A stretch of DNA of 64,000 nucleotides, taken from Chloroflexota bacterium. Lineage in GTDB: Bacteria > Chloroflexota > Dehalococcoidia > UBA2979. The stretch lies in assembly GCA_027593235.1 (NCBI GenBank), contig JAQCIU010000014.1:12581-76580 (forward strand). The letters are read 5' to 3'. Under the pieces are notes generated by a model. The model was given only the letters and a program-made list of their open reading frames with translations. It had not been told where the DNA came from and ran no database searches. The translations under genes were made by a program, and so were the position numbers. Each line of letters begins with the position of its first letter. The first letter of the stretch is position 1. Below are positions 9,508-18,164 of the stretch, piece after piece.

Positions 9508-9924
9508 CTATCCGGCCGGCTGGAACTTCGGCAACGTCACCTCGTCGGTGACGTCGTCGTAGACGATTTCGAGGGCCATGTCCGGCTTCAGGTGCGCCGG
9601 ATCCGGCTCGACGTTAATCACGTTGGTCATCATCTTCGGCCCCTCGTCGAGCTCGACGATGGCGATGACGTAGGGCACCTCGTCCGCCCAACCGCCGAAG
9701 CCGCGGTGGGAGATGACGTAGGTGTGCAGCTTCGCCTTGCCGGAGACCGTCTCCCAGGCGACGTTCGTCGACCGGCAGCCGGGGGCGGGGCAGAACGGGC
9801 GCGGGAAGAAGTAGAACTCGTTGCAGTCCTGGCACTTCTGGATGCGCAGCTCATGCCGCTTCAAACCGTCCCAGAACTCTTGTGTTTCAGGCGTCGCCTG
9901 CGGGAGCGCCTTCGCGTATGCCAT
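9508..9924 (-). CDS. DUF35 Zn-ribbon/OB-fold protein (ChsH2-like)
   Basis: CQDC..FFPRPFCP..GC zinc ribbon; PYVIAIVELDEGP OB motif; directly upstream of the thiolase. Confidence 0.88.
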   Translation of the reverse strand: MAYAKALPQATPETQEFWDGLKRHELRIQKCQDCNEFYFFPRPFCPAPGCRSTNVAWETVSGKAKLHTYVISHRGFGGWADEVPYVIAIVELDEGPKMMTNVINVEPDPAHLKPDMALEIVYDDVTDEVTLPKFQPAG

Positions 9925-10136
9925 GTCTCCTCCGGTCCCCGTGCACGTGAATCTCGTCGCGACGCCGGGTCGTGCCCGAACGTTTTCGACTCTCGTTCGA
10001 TTTGTGGTGGTGGCGGGAAATTAGCAGACGCCCCGCGCTGTCACAACATTCGATCGCGCGCATCGTAGCGCCGACGGAGGCGAGGCGTGACCGTGGCTCA
10101 CGGAGATCGCGCGTGACCGCGAGGGCAACGCCGACG

Positions 10137-10316
10137 CTAGCGGATGAAGACGAGCGCGACGGTCCCAAGCATGGAGATGAGCGCAAGCCAGCCGAGCACC
10201 TGGAGGGCGACCGGCCACCAACTCCGCTTCGACGGCTCCCACGGGCCGTACCCGGCCTCATCCGTGAGATCGGGATCGAGGTCGCCCTCAGTGGATTCGA
10301 ACCAGTCGCTCATCAT
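10137..10316 (-). CDS. 59-aa protein with acidic N-terminus and C-terminal TM helix (not in ORF track)
   Basis: read directly: MMSDWFESTEGDLDPDLTDEAGYGPWEPSKRSWWPVALQVLGWLALISMLGTVALVFIR*; ATGA overlap with the upstream thioesterase stop. Confidence 0.65.
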   Translation of the reverse strand: MMSDWFESTEGDLDPDLTDEAGYGPWEPSKRSWWPVALQVLGWLALISMLGTVALVFIR

Positions 10317-10747
10317 CGTTCCCGACTCAGCGCGCAGGTGACGCGCGCCTTTGCGTTGATCCGGCCGGCGTCCTCGCCCTCGTCGCCGACGCGCACCTCG
10401 ACGTCGACGACGGTGAGGCGACCATGGCGCAGGACGCGCGCCTCTATCACGGTCAGTTTGGCGCGCGCGGAGTAGAGATACGAGATCCCGAGGTCCTGCG
10501 TCCCTTCGATGCGCTCACCGGGACCGAGCAGCGTGGCGATCGCGAGGTGCGCAGCGACCTCGGCGACGCTGGCCTGCACGCCGCCGTTGATCGAGTCACG
10601 GACGCCCGAGACGTTCGTCGAGTTGCGGTCCATCGCGAGGCAGGCATGGCCCGGCTCGAGCGCCGAGACGGTGACGCCGAGGCCGCGCAGCAGCGGGCGT
10701 TGTTCCCAGTCCGCGACCAGCTCCGTGAACGGTGCGGCGACGGTCAT
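10313..10747 (-). CDS. PaaI-family hotdog thioesterase
   Basis: INGGVQASVAE (cf. HGG..ATLAD), ISYLYSAR, GRLTVVDVEV; ATG at 10747 overlaps the upstream stop. Confidence 0.8.
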   Translation of the reverse strand: MTVAAPFTELVADWEQRPLLRGLGVTVSALEPGHACLAMDRNSTNVSGVRDSINGGVQASVAEVAAHLAIATLLGPGERIEGTQDLGISYLYSARAKLTVIEARVLRHGRLTVVDVEVRVGDEGEDAGRINAKARVTCALSRER

Positions 10748-11169
10748 TGCGCGGGCCTCGTGGTGACGGCGTAGGTACTGCGGCCACGCGCGAACTCGCC
10801 GGCGGCATCGGAGACGGTGAACTCGACGAGGCGGGTGGTCGGCGATCGGCCGACGACCTGGCAGGCAACGTGCGCGGTCCCCCTGGCGGCGCGCAGGTAG
10901 GTGACGTTCAGCTCGGCGGTGCCGTTCATCTCCTCGGGCGGGGCGACCGTGGTGGCGCCGGCGCGCACGAGGGCGATATCGACGGCGGTCGTCAGCGCGA
11001 AGGTGGTGGGGGTGGCCTCGCCCGGCCCCGCCTCTACATCGCAGTCGGCGCGGCCGTCCGCGGCACGGCCGGCGACGATGCCCATGAGCTGGTTGAGTGG
11101 CCGATCGTCCTGGGAGATCGGCTGATTCCAGCGCGACTCCGAGTGCTGGGGCGCTGACCCGTCGGCCAC
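10744..11169 (-). CDS. PaaI-like hotdog-fold protein (divergent)
   Basis: TAELNVTYLRAA..ARGRSTYAV hotdog pattern; tandem with the PaaI gene. Confidence 0.7.
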   Translation of the reverse strand: MADGSAPQHSESRWNQPISQDDRPLNQLMGIVAGRAADGRADCDVEAGPGEATPTTFALTTAVDIALVRAGATTVAPPEEMNGTAELNVTYLRAARGTAHVACQVVGRSPTTRLVEFTVSDAAGEFARGRSTYAVTTRPAQ

Positions 11170-11273
11170 GAGACCTCCCGCGTGGTGCGTGTTGGCCGTC
11201 GCAGCCTAGCGCACGCTCACGCCCGGAGCAGCCCCCCGGCGCCGGCTTCGAATGCCGGGCGCTGCGACTGCTG

Positions 11274-11313
11274 ATGCGCCGAGCGCTGGCACCCATAATG
11301 CGCCGAGCGCTGG
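11274..11313. repeat. 16-bp direct repeat in a divergent intergenic region
   Basis: ATGCGCCGAGCGCTGG at 11274-11289 and 11298-11313. Confidence 0.7.
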
Positions 11314-11348
11314 GGCGGCTATCCTCGGGCGAGGGCACACGGAGGGCG

Positions 11349-12095
11349 ATGCGAATGGCGATCCTGGTACAGCGCGAGTTCACGGTGGCACTGGCGGATC
11401 GCGCGCGCTTCGAGGATCTGAGCCGCAACGGCGTCTGGCCCTCGATGTTGCGTTACGGCTCGTTGATGGTCGGCTACGGGTTCTGGGCCTTCGGCGGGCC
11501 AGGCGACGTGGTGGTCACGCACAGCGTGTACCGCGACATGGATCACTGGATGGGGACGCGCCTCGGTGGGTTCCTCGAGGCGGATCCGGCGATTCGCGCG
11601 CAGGCCGCGGAGTTCGCGGAAGCGAAGTCCGCCCGCCCGCCGATCATCGCGCACTCGCGGGCGCGGATGCTCGAACTGGACGATCACGTGAGCACCCTCG
11701 ATCCAAAGCCGCGCAGCGCGGACGACCCGCTGGCCGTGGCGCCGCAGAACTTTGGGCGCGGCTCGGTCGTCTCGGAACTCTGCTATTCGCTCACCGATCC
11801 GGCGCACCGACAGCGCTTCGAACAGCTCTCGCACGAACACATCTGGCCGTGGCTCGAAACCCAAGGAGCGCGACTGATCGCGTTCGGCCGCGACCCGCTC
11901 GGGCCGGGCAACGAGGTGGTGACGCTCTTCGCGTTCCGCTCGCTCGATCACTGGTATCGGTTGTCCCGCCCGTCACCCGACCAGGATCCGCCGCCGGCGG
12001 CGATGGATGCCTGGAACGAACGACACCGGCTGATCGGTGGACAGCGCGGTCGCCTGCTCCAGGTGGCGACCGACTGGGGAACCCCGGTCGCATGA
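11349..12095 (+). CDS. tandem NIPSNAP-like (dimeric alpha/beta barrel) protein
   Basis: two similar halves, RARFEDLSRNGVWP..G and RQRFEQLSHEHIWP..GARLIAFG; GGAGGG upstream (start 11349 or 11355). Confidence 0.6.
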   Translation: MRMAILVQREFTVALADRARFEDLSRNGVWPSMLRYGSLMVGYGFWAFGGPGDVVVTHSVYRDMDHWMGTRLGGFLEADPAIRAQAAEFAEAKSARPPIIAHSRARMLELDDHVSTLDPKPRSADDPLAVAPQNFGRGSVVSELCYSLTDPAHRQRFEQLSHEHIWPWLETQGARLIAFGRDPLGPGNEVVTLFAFRSLDHWYRLSRPSPDQDPPPAAMDAWNERHRLIGGQRGRLLQVATDWGTPVA

Positions 12096-12111
12096 CAAAC
12101 ACGACGGACGC

Positions 12112-13038
12112 ATGACCAGCGCGCTCAACTCGCTCCCGGACGAGGAGACGCTGCGGGCGGTTGAGGCGCTCGCGCTGGAACTCGCCCGCGAGGGCGGTCG
12201 CCAGGCGACTGACGGCCTCGCACGCGAAATCACCGTCGACTACAAGACGGACGCGAAGACAGACGGCGACGCACCTCGGGACCCGGTTTCGGAGATCGAC
12301 CGCGCGGTGGAGGCGATGGTCCGCGAGCGCGTCGGCGAGCGCTTCCCCGGCCACGACATCATCGGCGAAGAGGTCGAGCTGCACCCCGACACCGTCGAGG
12401 ACTTCGTCTGGGTGGTCGATCCGGTCGATGGCACCGCCAACTTCGTGAACGGTTACCCGCTCTTCTGCGTCTCGATCGGCGTGCTCTTCAACGGTGTACC
12501 GGTCGTCGGGGCGCTCTGGTGCTCCTCGACCCACGCCCTCCACCCGGGCGTCTACCACGCCCACCGTGGCGGCGGGCTCTACTTCGAGGAGCAGGCGTTC
12601 ACCCCGGTCCCGGCGACGGACGTGCGGCGACGGCTGAGCGCCGCCCCGGGTGGCAGTCCGGGACGCACGCAACACTGGGACCACCGCGTCACCGGCTCAG
12701 CGGCGATCGAGCTGGCCTTCGTGGCCGCCGGCATCTTCCAGAGCGCATGGTTCGGCGGCCTCAAGATCTGGGACCTCGCCGCCGGCGTGCTGCTGATCCA
12801 GGAAGCGGGCGGGCGGGTGATCCACCGCCGCGGCTCCACCTTCGAGGCGTTCGAACGCTTCGAGGCGCCGGCGGAGGTGAAGGAGGATCGCGCGCCCTCG
12901 TTGCGTGACTGGCGCGGGCTGATCATCGTCGGGACCGACGAAGCGGTGGCGGTGGTCCAGGAGCGCCTCAGCCGCCGGCCCTCGTGGTTCACGCGATTCC
13001 GCTCGAAGATCGGCCTGGGACCGCGCCGGCGTCGCTAG
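12112..13038 (+). CDS. inositol monophosphatase family protein
   Basis: IIGEE, WVVDPVDGTANF, GSAA, WDLAAG motifs. Confidence 0.9.
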   Translation: MTSALNSLPDEETLRAVEALALELAREGGRQATDGLAREITVDYKTDAKTDGDAPRDPVSEIDRAVEAMVRERVGERFPGHDIIGEEVELHPDTVEDFVWVVDPVDGTANFVNGYPLFCVSIGVLFNGVPVVGALWCSSTHALHPGVYHAHRGGGLYFEEQAFTPVPATDVRRRLSAAPGGSPGRTQHWDHRVTGSAAIELAFVAAGIFQSAWFGGLKIWDLAAGVLLIQEAGGRVIHRRGSTFEAFERFEAPAEVKEDRAPSLRDWRGLIIVGTDEAVAVVQERLSRRPSWFTRFRSKIGLGPRRRR

Positions 13039-13092
13039 GCAGCGACCGCATTCGGAGCGCTCAGAGCGGGCAGCCCTGCGCGCGGACCGCGC

Positions 13093-13854
13093 TCAAATCA
13101 GCGGCCACGGCACACAGCGGTACGGGTACATCTGCGGCAGCACAGGGTGCGAGGCGAGCGCGTCACAGCGCGTCGCGAACGCCTCGAGTTCGTATCCCGC
13201 GAGGCGGTCGCGAAACGGCGCGCTCGTTTCGTCGGCACCGGCGACGCAGGTGCGCAGACGTCGGATGTCCTCGACCCAGGCAGCCGGCAGTTCGGTGCCC
13301 GCGTAATCCCAGATCACGGTACGTAGCTTCTCCACCGAGTTGAAGCAGAGCCCATTATCGATCCCCCAGATGCGGTCATCGACATCCAGAAGCAGGTGGC
13401 CGCCCTTGCGATCGGCGTTGTTCGCGATCAGGTCGAAGGCCGCGAAGCGGACGAATTGCTCGTCGAGGCTGTCGCGCTCACGCACCGCAAAGTAGTGCTC
13501 GCCGGGATCGTGCTCGATGAAGAGCTGCATCGAGCCGACGCCGTGCTCGCCGTCCCGTTCGACCGTCGGCGGGATCAGGTCCCAGCCGAGGAGCAGCGAT
13601 ACCTCGTAGGCCGCGATCTCGCGCTGGTAGAGCGTGCCGTACGGAAAGTCGTGCAGCGGCTGCTCGCCGCGCTCCGGCTTGTACACGCCGAGGCCAGGCC
13701 CGAGTTCGTCGTGCTGGAGGTCGGCGAGGAAGACGTAGTTCGAGGAGTCATAGATCAGGCGGAGCTGGGTGATCTCCGCGTCGCGCAGCGCGTCCGGCAC
13801 GCGCGGGTCCGCGGGCATCCACGAGTTCCGCAACGACGCCGTCTCTGTCGCCAT
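13093..13854 (-). CDS. SCO1664-family PI3/4-kinase-like protein
   Basis: SSNYVFL, VYKPERGEQPLHDFP, REIAAY, NNADRKGGH, GIDNGLCF. Confidence 0.85.
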   Translation of the reverse strand: MATETASLRNSWMPADPRVPDALRDAEITQLRLIYDSSNYVFLADLQHDELGPGLGVYKPERGEQPLHDFPYGTLYQREIAAYEVSLLLGWDLIPPTVERDGEHGVGSMQLFIEHDPGEHYFAVRERDSLDEQFVRFAAFDLIANNADRKGGHLLLDVDDRIWGIDNGLCFNSVEKLRTVIWDYAGTELPAAWVEDIRRLRTCVAGADETSAPFRDRLAGYELEAFATRCDALASHPVLPQMYPYRCVPWPLI

Positions 13855-13922
13855 GCCCGTCCCGTCGCGCGCCGCTTGCCACCTCGATTGTACGAATCGG
13901 CGGCGTGGGCCGTGTCGCGCGA

Positions 13923-14753
13923 CTAAACGCCCACCACCTCGCGCTCGGTATGGCCGAGCACCAGCCGCAGCGCGGTACCGTGCATCACCATCGTGGCGAG
14001 CGCCGGCACCGAGGCATCGACGATCGCCCGTGCCGCCTCGATCTCCACGTCGGCGATCCCGGCCGCGGACAGCGCCGCGGCGTCGGCGCGCAGCGGTTGG
14101 GCGAGGAACCGCGCGCCCGAGCGGGCGTAGTAGTAGAGCGCACGACCGCGTCGGCGGAAGTCGGGGTAGGTGGCGAGGTGTTGCAGTTCGTCCCATGAAG
14201 CGCCCAGGTATCCGGGCCAGTGGGCGAGCAGGCGGTAGAGCTGCGGCGCCTCCGGGAGCTGCAGGGTCTCCGCGACCGCCGTGAGTTGCGACCCGCCGCT
14301 CAGCTCCGCCGGGACGGGCACGTCGAGGTTCGCACGCTCGCGGTCGCGCAGCTCGCGCGGCTGCGCGCTGCCCTTGCCGCCCAGCTCGGGGCGATCGAAC
14401 GCCTCGGCGAGCGCGGCACCGGCGAGGAGCGCCTGCGGCTGCAGATAGTGAAAGACGGCGAGCACCGCCTCGACCTGCTCCAGCTCGGCGGCGGGAAGCG
14501 ACTGGAGCAGCGCGTCACGCGACAGCAACGGCTCGTACGCCTCCTCGACGGCGTCGAGGGCCATGTCCGCGAGGTAGAGGGCGCTGCCGAGGAAACCGGC
14601 GGTGTCGATGGAGGCGGCGAGCACCGGCCACACGTACGCGAGGTAGTTCGGCGTGGCTTCCAGCCGCGTGACCAGCTCCGGCGCGACCGGCGAGCGGAAA
14701 GCGGCCGCGACCTCGGCGCGGGTCGGGGCAGGTTGCGGGATCGGGGCAATCAT
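13923..14753 (-). CDS. DehI (group I haloacid dehalogenase)-like helical protein
   Basis: two-repeat pattern LEATPNYLAYVW / LAHWPGYLGASW and VFHYLQP resemble the DehI family. Confidence 0.5.
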   Translation of the reverse strand: MIAPIPQPAPTRAEVAAAFRSPVAPELVTRLEATPNYLAYVWPVLAASIDTAGFLGSALYLADMALDAVEEAYEPLLSRDALLQSLPAAELEQVEAVLAVFHYLQPQALLAGAALAEAFDRPELGGKGSAQPRELRDRERANLDVPVPAELSGGSQLTAVAETLQLPEAPQLYRLLAHWPGYLGASWDELQHLATYPDFRRRGRALYYYARSGARFLAQPLRADAAALSAAGIADVEIEAARAIVDASVPALATMVMHGTALRLVLGHTEREVVGV

Positions 14754-14757
14754 CGGG

Positions 14758-15435
14758 TCAGGCGAGGCTGACGTTGTCGACGCGGGTGCCGTGCATCTCA
14801 TGCGCCTCGCGCACGATCCGCACGATCTCCTCGGGCGTTTCGACGAGCTGGAAGAGACCCGGATCCTCGGGTGCGACCAGGCCGCGCTCGACCAGCACCT
14901 GTTCGATCCACTCGATAAGCCCGGGCCAGTAGTCCTTGCCAACCAGCAGCAGCGGGAAGCGACGGATCTTCCCGGTCTGCATCAAGGTGATCGTTTCGAA
15001 GAACTCGTCCAGCGTGCCGAACCCGCCGGGGAAGAGGACGAACGCGGTCGCGTACTTGACCAGCATCACCTTGCGCACGAAGAAGTAGCGGAAGTTCAGC
15101 GACAGCGTCTGGTAGGGGTTGGAATCTTGCTCCTCGGGGAGCCGGATATTCAGGCCGGCCGATCGCGCGCCCGCCTCCACCGCGCCACGGTTGGCGCCCT
15201 CCATCACCCCGGGACCACCGCCGGTGACGATTGAGAAGCCGGCCTCGCCAAGCTGCTTCCCCACCTCGCGGGCCAGTTGGTAGGACGGATCGTCTTCGCT
15301 GACGCGCGCGGAGCCGAAGATGGTGACCGCGGGGCGAAGCTGGGCGAGGACGTCGAAGCCCATCGTGAACTCGGACATGATGCGGAACATCCGCCACGCT
15401 TCGCGGGCTGGTTCGTCCCGGGGGTCGAGCTGCAT
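14758..15435 (-). CDS. LOG family (TIGR00730) nucleotide phosphoribohydrolase
   Basis: TIFGSAR, TGGGPGVME, FFVRKVML, PGGFGTLDE. Confidence 0.9.
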   Translation of the reverse strand: MQLDPRDEPAREAWRMFRIMSEFTMGFDVLAQLRPAVTIFGSARVSEDDPSYQLAREVGKQLGEAGFSIVTGGGPGVMEGANRGAVEAGARSAGLNIRLPEEQDSNPYQTLSLNFRYFFVRKVMLVKYATAFVLFPGGFGTLDEFFETITLMQTGKIRRFPLLLVGKDYWPGLIEWIEQVLVERGLVAPEDPGLFQLVETPEEIVRIVREAHEMHGTRVDNVSLA

Positions 15436-15544
15436 CGGCGTCTCCCGTGCTGCATTGGATTCGACCGTAGCACCGCCGGGAGGGGTCGCGAGCCGGGGAT
15501 GGCCCCAAGGCGCTGCCCGGTAGAATGTGGAGGACGGAGGCGCC

Positions 15545-16462
15545 ATGCCACACACGTTGCTGCTCGCCGAACCGCGCGGTTTCTGCGCGGGGGTGGTGCG
15601 CGCGATCGATGTCCTCAACGAGGTGCTCGACCGCGAGGAACCGCCGATCTACGCGTTCCACGAGATCGTGCACAACCGGCACGTCGTCGATGGCTTCCGG
15701 GCGCGCGGCGCCATCTTCATCGACACGATCGCGGAGGTCCCCGAGGGCGCGCGGATCGTGTTCTCCGCGCACGGCATTTCGCCAGAGGTCGTGGCCGCGG
15801 CCCACGCACGTCACCTGCGCGTGATCGACGCCACTTGCCCGCTGGTCACGAAGGTCCACCTGGAGGCGAAGAAGGCGGCCAAGGACGGCTTCGACGTGCT
15901 CCTCGTTGGCCACGAGGGCCATGACGAGGTGGTCGGGACGAAGGGCGAAGCGCCGGAACGCACGACGGTCGTCGACTCGCCGGCGGACGTGGCCGCGGTC
16001 GCCGCGACCGGGCGCAAGAAGTTCGTGGTGACGCAGACGACGCTGTCCGTCGACGACACAGCGGCAACGATCGCGGAGATCCGTAGCCGCTTCCCGGAAG
16101 CCGAGATCCGCAACGACATCTGCTACGCGACGACCAACCGGCAGGCAGCGGTGCGGGCGATCGCGGAACGCGCGGACCTCGTGATCGTCGTCGGTTCGGC
16201 GAACTCCAGCAACAGCGTGCGGCTGCAAGAGGTCGCCGCGAGCATGGGCACGGCCGCCTACCGCGTGGACGGCATCGCCGAGATCGATCCGCGCTGGTAC
16301 GAGGGCGTTGCGATCGTCGGCCTGAGCGCGGGCGCGTCCGTGCCGGACTCGCTGCTCGATCCGATCATCGACGATCTGCGGACGCGCGGCGTGACGAAGG
16401 TGGAGCCGGTGATCGTCGCGGAAGAAACGATCGAGTTCCGACCGCCGGTGATCAGCGCCTAG
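15545..16462 (+). CDS. ispH: 4-hydroxy-3-methylbut-2-enyl diphosphate reductase
   Basis: PRGFCAGV, IVHN, DATCPLVTKVH, DICYATTNRQ, NSSNS. Confidence 0.95.
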   Translation: MPHTLLLAEPRGFCAGVVRAIDVLNEVLDREEPPIYAFHEIVHNRHVVDGFRARGAIFIDTIAEVPEGARIVFSAHGISPEVVAAAHARHLRVIDATCPLVTKVHLEAKKAAKDGFDVLLVGHEGHDEVVGTKGEAPERTTVVDSPADVAAVAATGRKKFVVTQTTLSVDDTAATIAEIRSRFPEAEIRNDICYATTNRQAAVRAIAERADLVIVVGSANSSNSVRLQEVAASMGTAAYRVDGIAEIDPRWYEGVAIVGLSAGASVPDSLLDPIIDDLRTRGVTKVEPVIVAEETIEFRPPVISA

Positions 16463-16478
16463 CCACGGCCGACTCGCG

Positions 16479-17225
16479 TCAGCGGATCACGTAGCCCACG
16501 CCGCGAACGGTCTTGATCGTGCCCGACAGGCCGGCGGCATTCAGCTTGCCGCGCAAGCGCGAGATATGCGCCTCGACGTAGTTCCGTGAGCCGAAGGTCT
16601 CGTAGCCCCAGATCGCCTGCGAGATCTGATCCGGCGCCACCACCTCGGTGCGGCGTTCCAGGAGCAGTTGGAGCACGGCGAACTCTTTCGGAGTCAGCGC
16701 CAGCGGATCCTCGCCCCGCAAGAGTTCGTGAGAGCGCACGTGCATCACGAGCCCGTCCGGGCCGTGCAGCTCGTTGCTGCGGCGCACCGAGTGCTCGCGG
16801 CGCACCAGCACGCGTACGCGCCGATCCAGCTCACGGGGATACACGGGCCTCGCGAGGTAGTCCTCCGCGCCGTGATCGAACGCCCCCACGCGGTTCTCCG
16901 CGCTGGCATCCGGTCCGACGATGATCAGCGGGAGGTCGCTGAAGGTCCGGAGGCTCTTGGCGCCATCGAGCGCCAGTTCGTTGGACTCGGAGAACAGGAC
17001 CAAAACGTCCGCCTATTGTTGCTCCAGCCATTCGATCGCGGCGTCGGTCGACACGACAGCGGACACCTGGTGCTGGAGTGGCCGGAGTTCGGCGGCCAGG
17101 CGAACGCTCGCCATCTCATCGCGATCGATCAGCAGGAGCCGGATCGGATCGGAACCGGGGTCCGACGGGCGGACGGCATCGGTCGTCGCTGCGTTGGCAG
17201 GCCAGGGGGGTTGCGAGACCGTCAC
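16479..17225 (-). pseudogene. OmpR-family response regulator with atypical receiver, interrupted by in-frame TAG at 17013-17015
   Basis: track ORFs 17013..17282 and 16479..17003 are in one frame, separated by a single TAG; winged-helix LTPKEF..VEAHISRLRGKL..TVRGVGY; GTG at 17225 after AAGGGAG. Confidence 0.75.
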
Positions 17226-17316
17226 GGGCGCGAACTCCCTTCGCGGGTGCCGGGGTCCGCGCAGGCCGCGCAGACCAGTCACTCACGAACGGTAACGCTG
17301 TCGAATGCCTGACTTT

Positions 17317-17332
17317 CTGACGAAAGCGTGAG
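17317..17332. promoter_or_regulatory. candidate TGACG-N4-CGTNA operator
   Basis: CTGACG-AAAG-CGTGAG upstream of the response regulator; similar sites at 35704, 52935, 52970, 59092. Confidence 0.4.
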
Positions 17333-17362
17333 CATGCTGAGGCGAAACCGGGAAGTTGACGG

Positions 17363-18148
17363 CTAGTTGATCGCACCGTCAGCAAGGAACGAGAGAAGCA
17401 ACATCCGGAAGCGCTCGCGTGCGTCCTGATATACGCCGTGCCCGACACCTTCGAGGATCTCCAGCCGTGCGGACGGGATCTTCCGCGAGATCACCACCGA
17501 CCCGCCGGCTCCCGCGACCACGTCGCTGCCACCCGCGACGATCAGCGTCGGGCACTCGATCCGATCGAGGTACGGCGTCAGTGGGTGCTCGCGGAGCGAT
17601 GCCGTCGCGCGCGCCTGCGCGACGTACGAGTCCAGGTGCTCCGGCGCAATCGCCGGTGGTGCGGCCGCGGATACGGTCGCGTGGCCCTCGAACGCCGGCG
17701 GCAGATCGCGGCCGGCGATCGCCTGCTCACCCAGCCGTGCCAGCTCGCCTCGGGCGTACCAGTTCTCGCTCGCGCCGACGTTGACCTCGCTCGAGGTGGA
17801 GTCCAGCACCAGCGCGGCGCAGCGCTCCGGGTAATCGAGGGCGAAGCGCTGGGTCAGCACCCCACCCCACGAAACGCCGTGAATGATCGCGCGCTCGATC
17901 TCCAGGTCATCCAGCAGTGCGGCGAGGTCCGCCGCGTACAACGGCAGCGAGTACTTCGGCGCCGGCCCGGACTTGCCGAGGCCGCGCTGATCCCAGGCGA
18001 CCGTGCGGAACCGCTCCGCGTACCAGGGCAGGTCGTCGCGCACGAAGCCCGCGGAGTTCCCGCCCAGGCCGTTACAGAACACGTACGGCGTGCCATCGCC
18101 CGCCACCGTGTAGTGGATCCGCACGCCGTTCAGCTCCGTGTCAGCCAT
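17363..18148 (-). CDS. alpha/beta hydrolase
   Basis: GVSWGG nucleophile elbow, DQRGLGKS, Asp/His (GGSD..GH). Confidence 0.88.
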   Translation of the reverse strand: MADTELNGVRIHYTVAGDGTPYVFCNGLGGNSAGFVRDDLPWYAERFRTVAWDQRGLGKSGPAPKYSLPLYAADLAALLDDLEIERAIIHGVSWGGVLTQRFALDYPERCAALVLDSTSSEVNVGASENWYARGELARLGEQAIAGRDLPPAFEGHATVSAAAPPAIAPEHLDSYVAQARATASLREHPLTPYLDRIECPTLIVAGGSDVVAGAGGSVVISRKIPSARLEILEGVGHGVYQDARERFRMLLLSFLADGAIN

Positions 18149-18164
18149 CTGATCGCTCCTCTGC

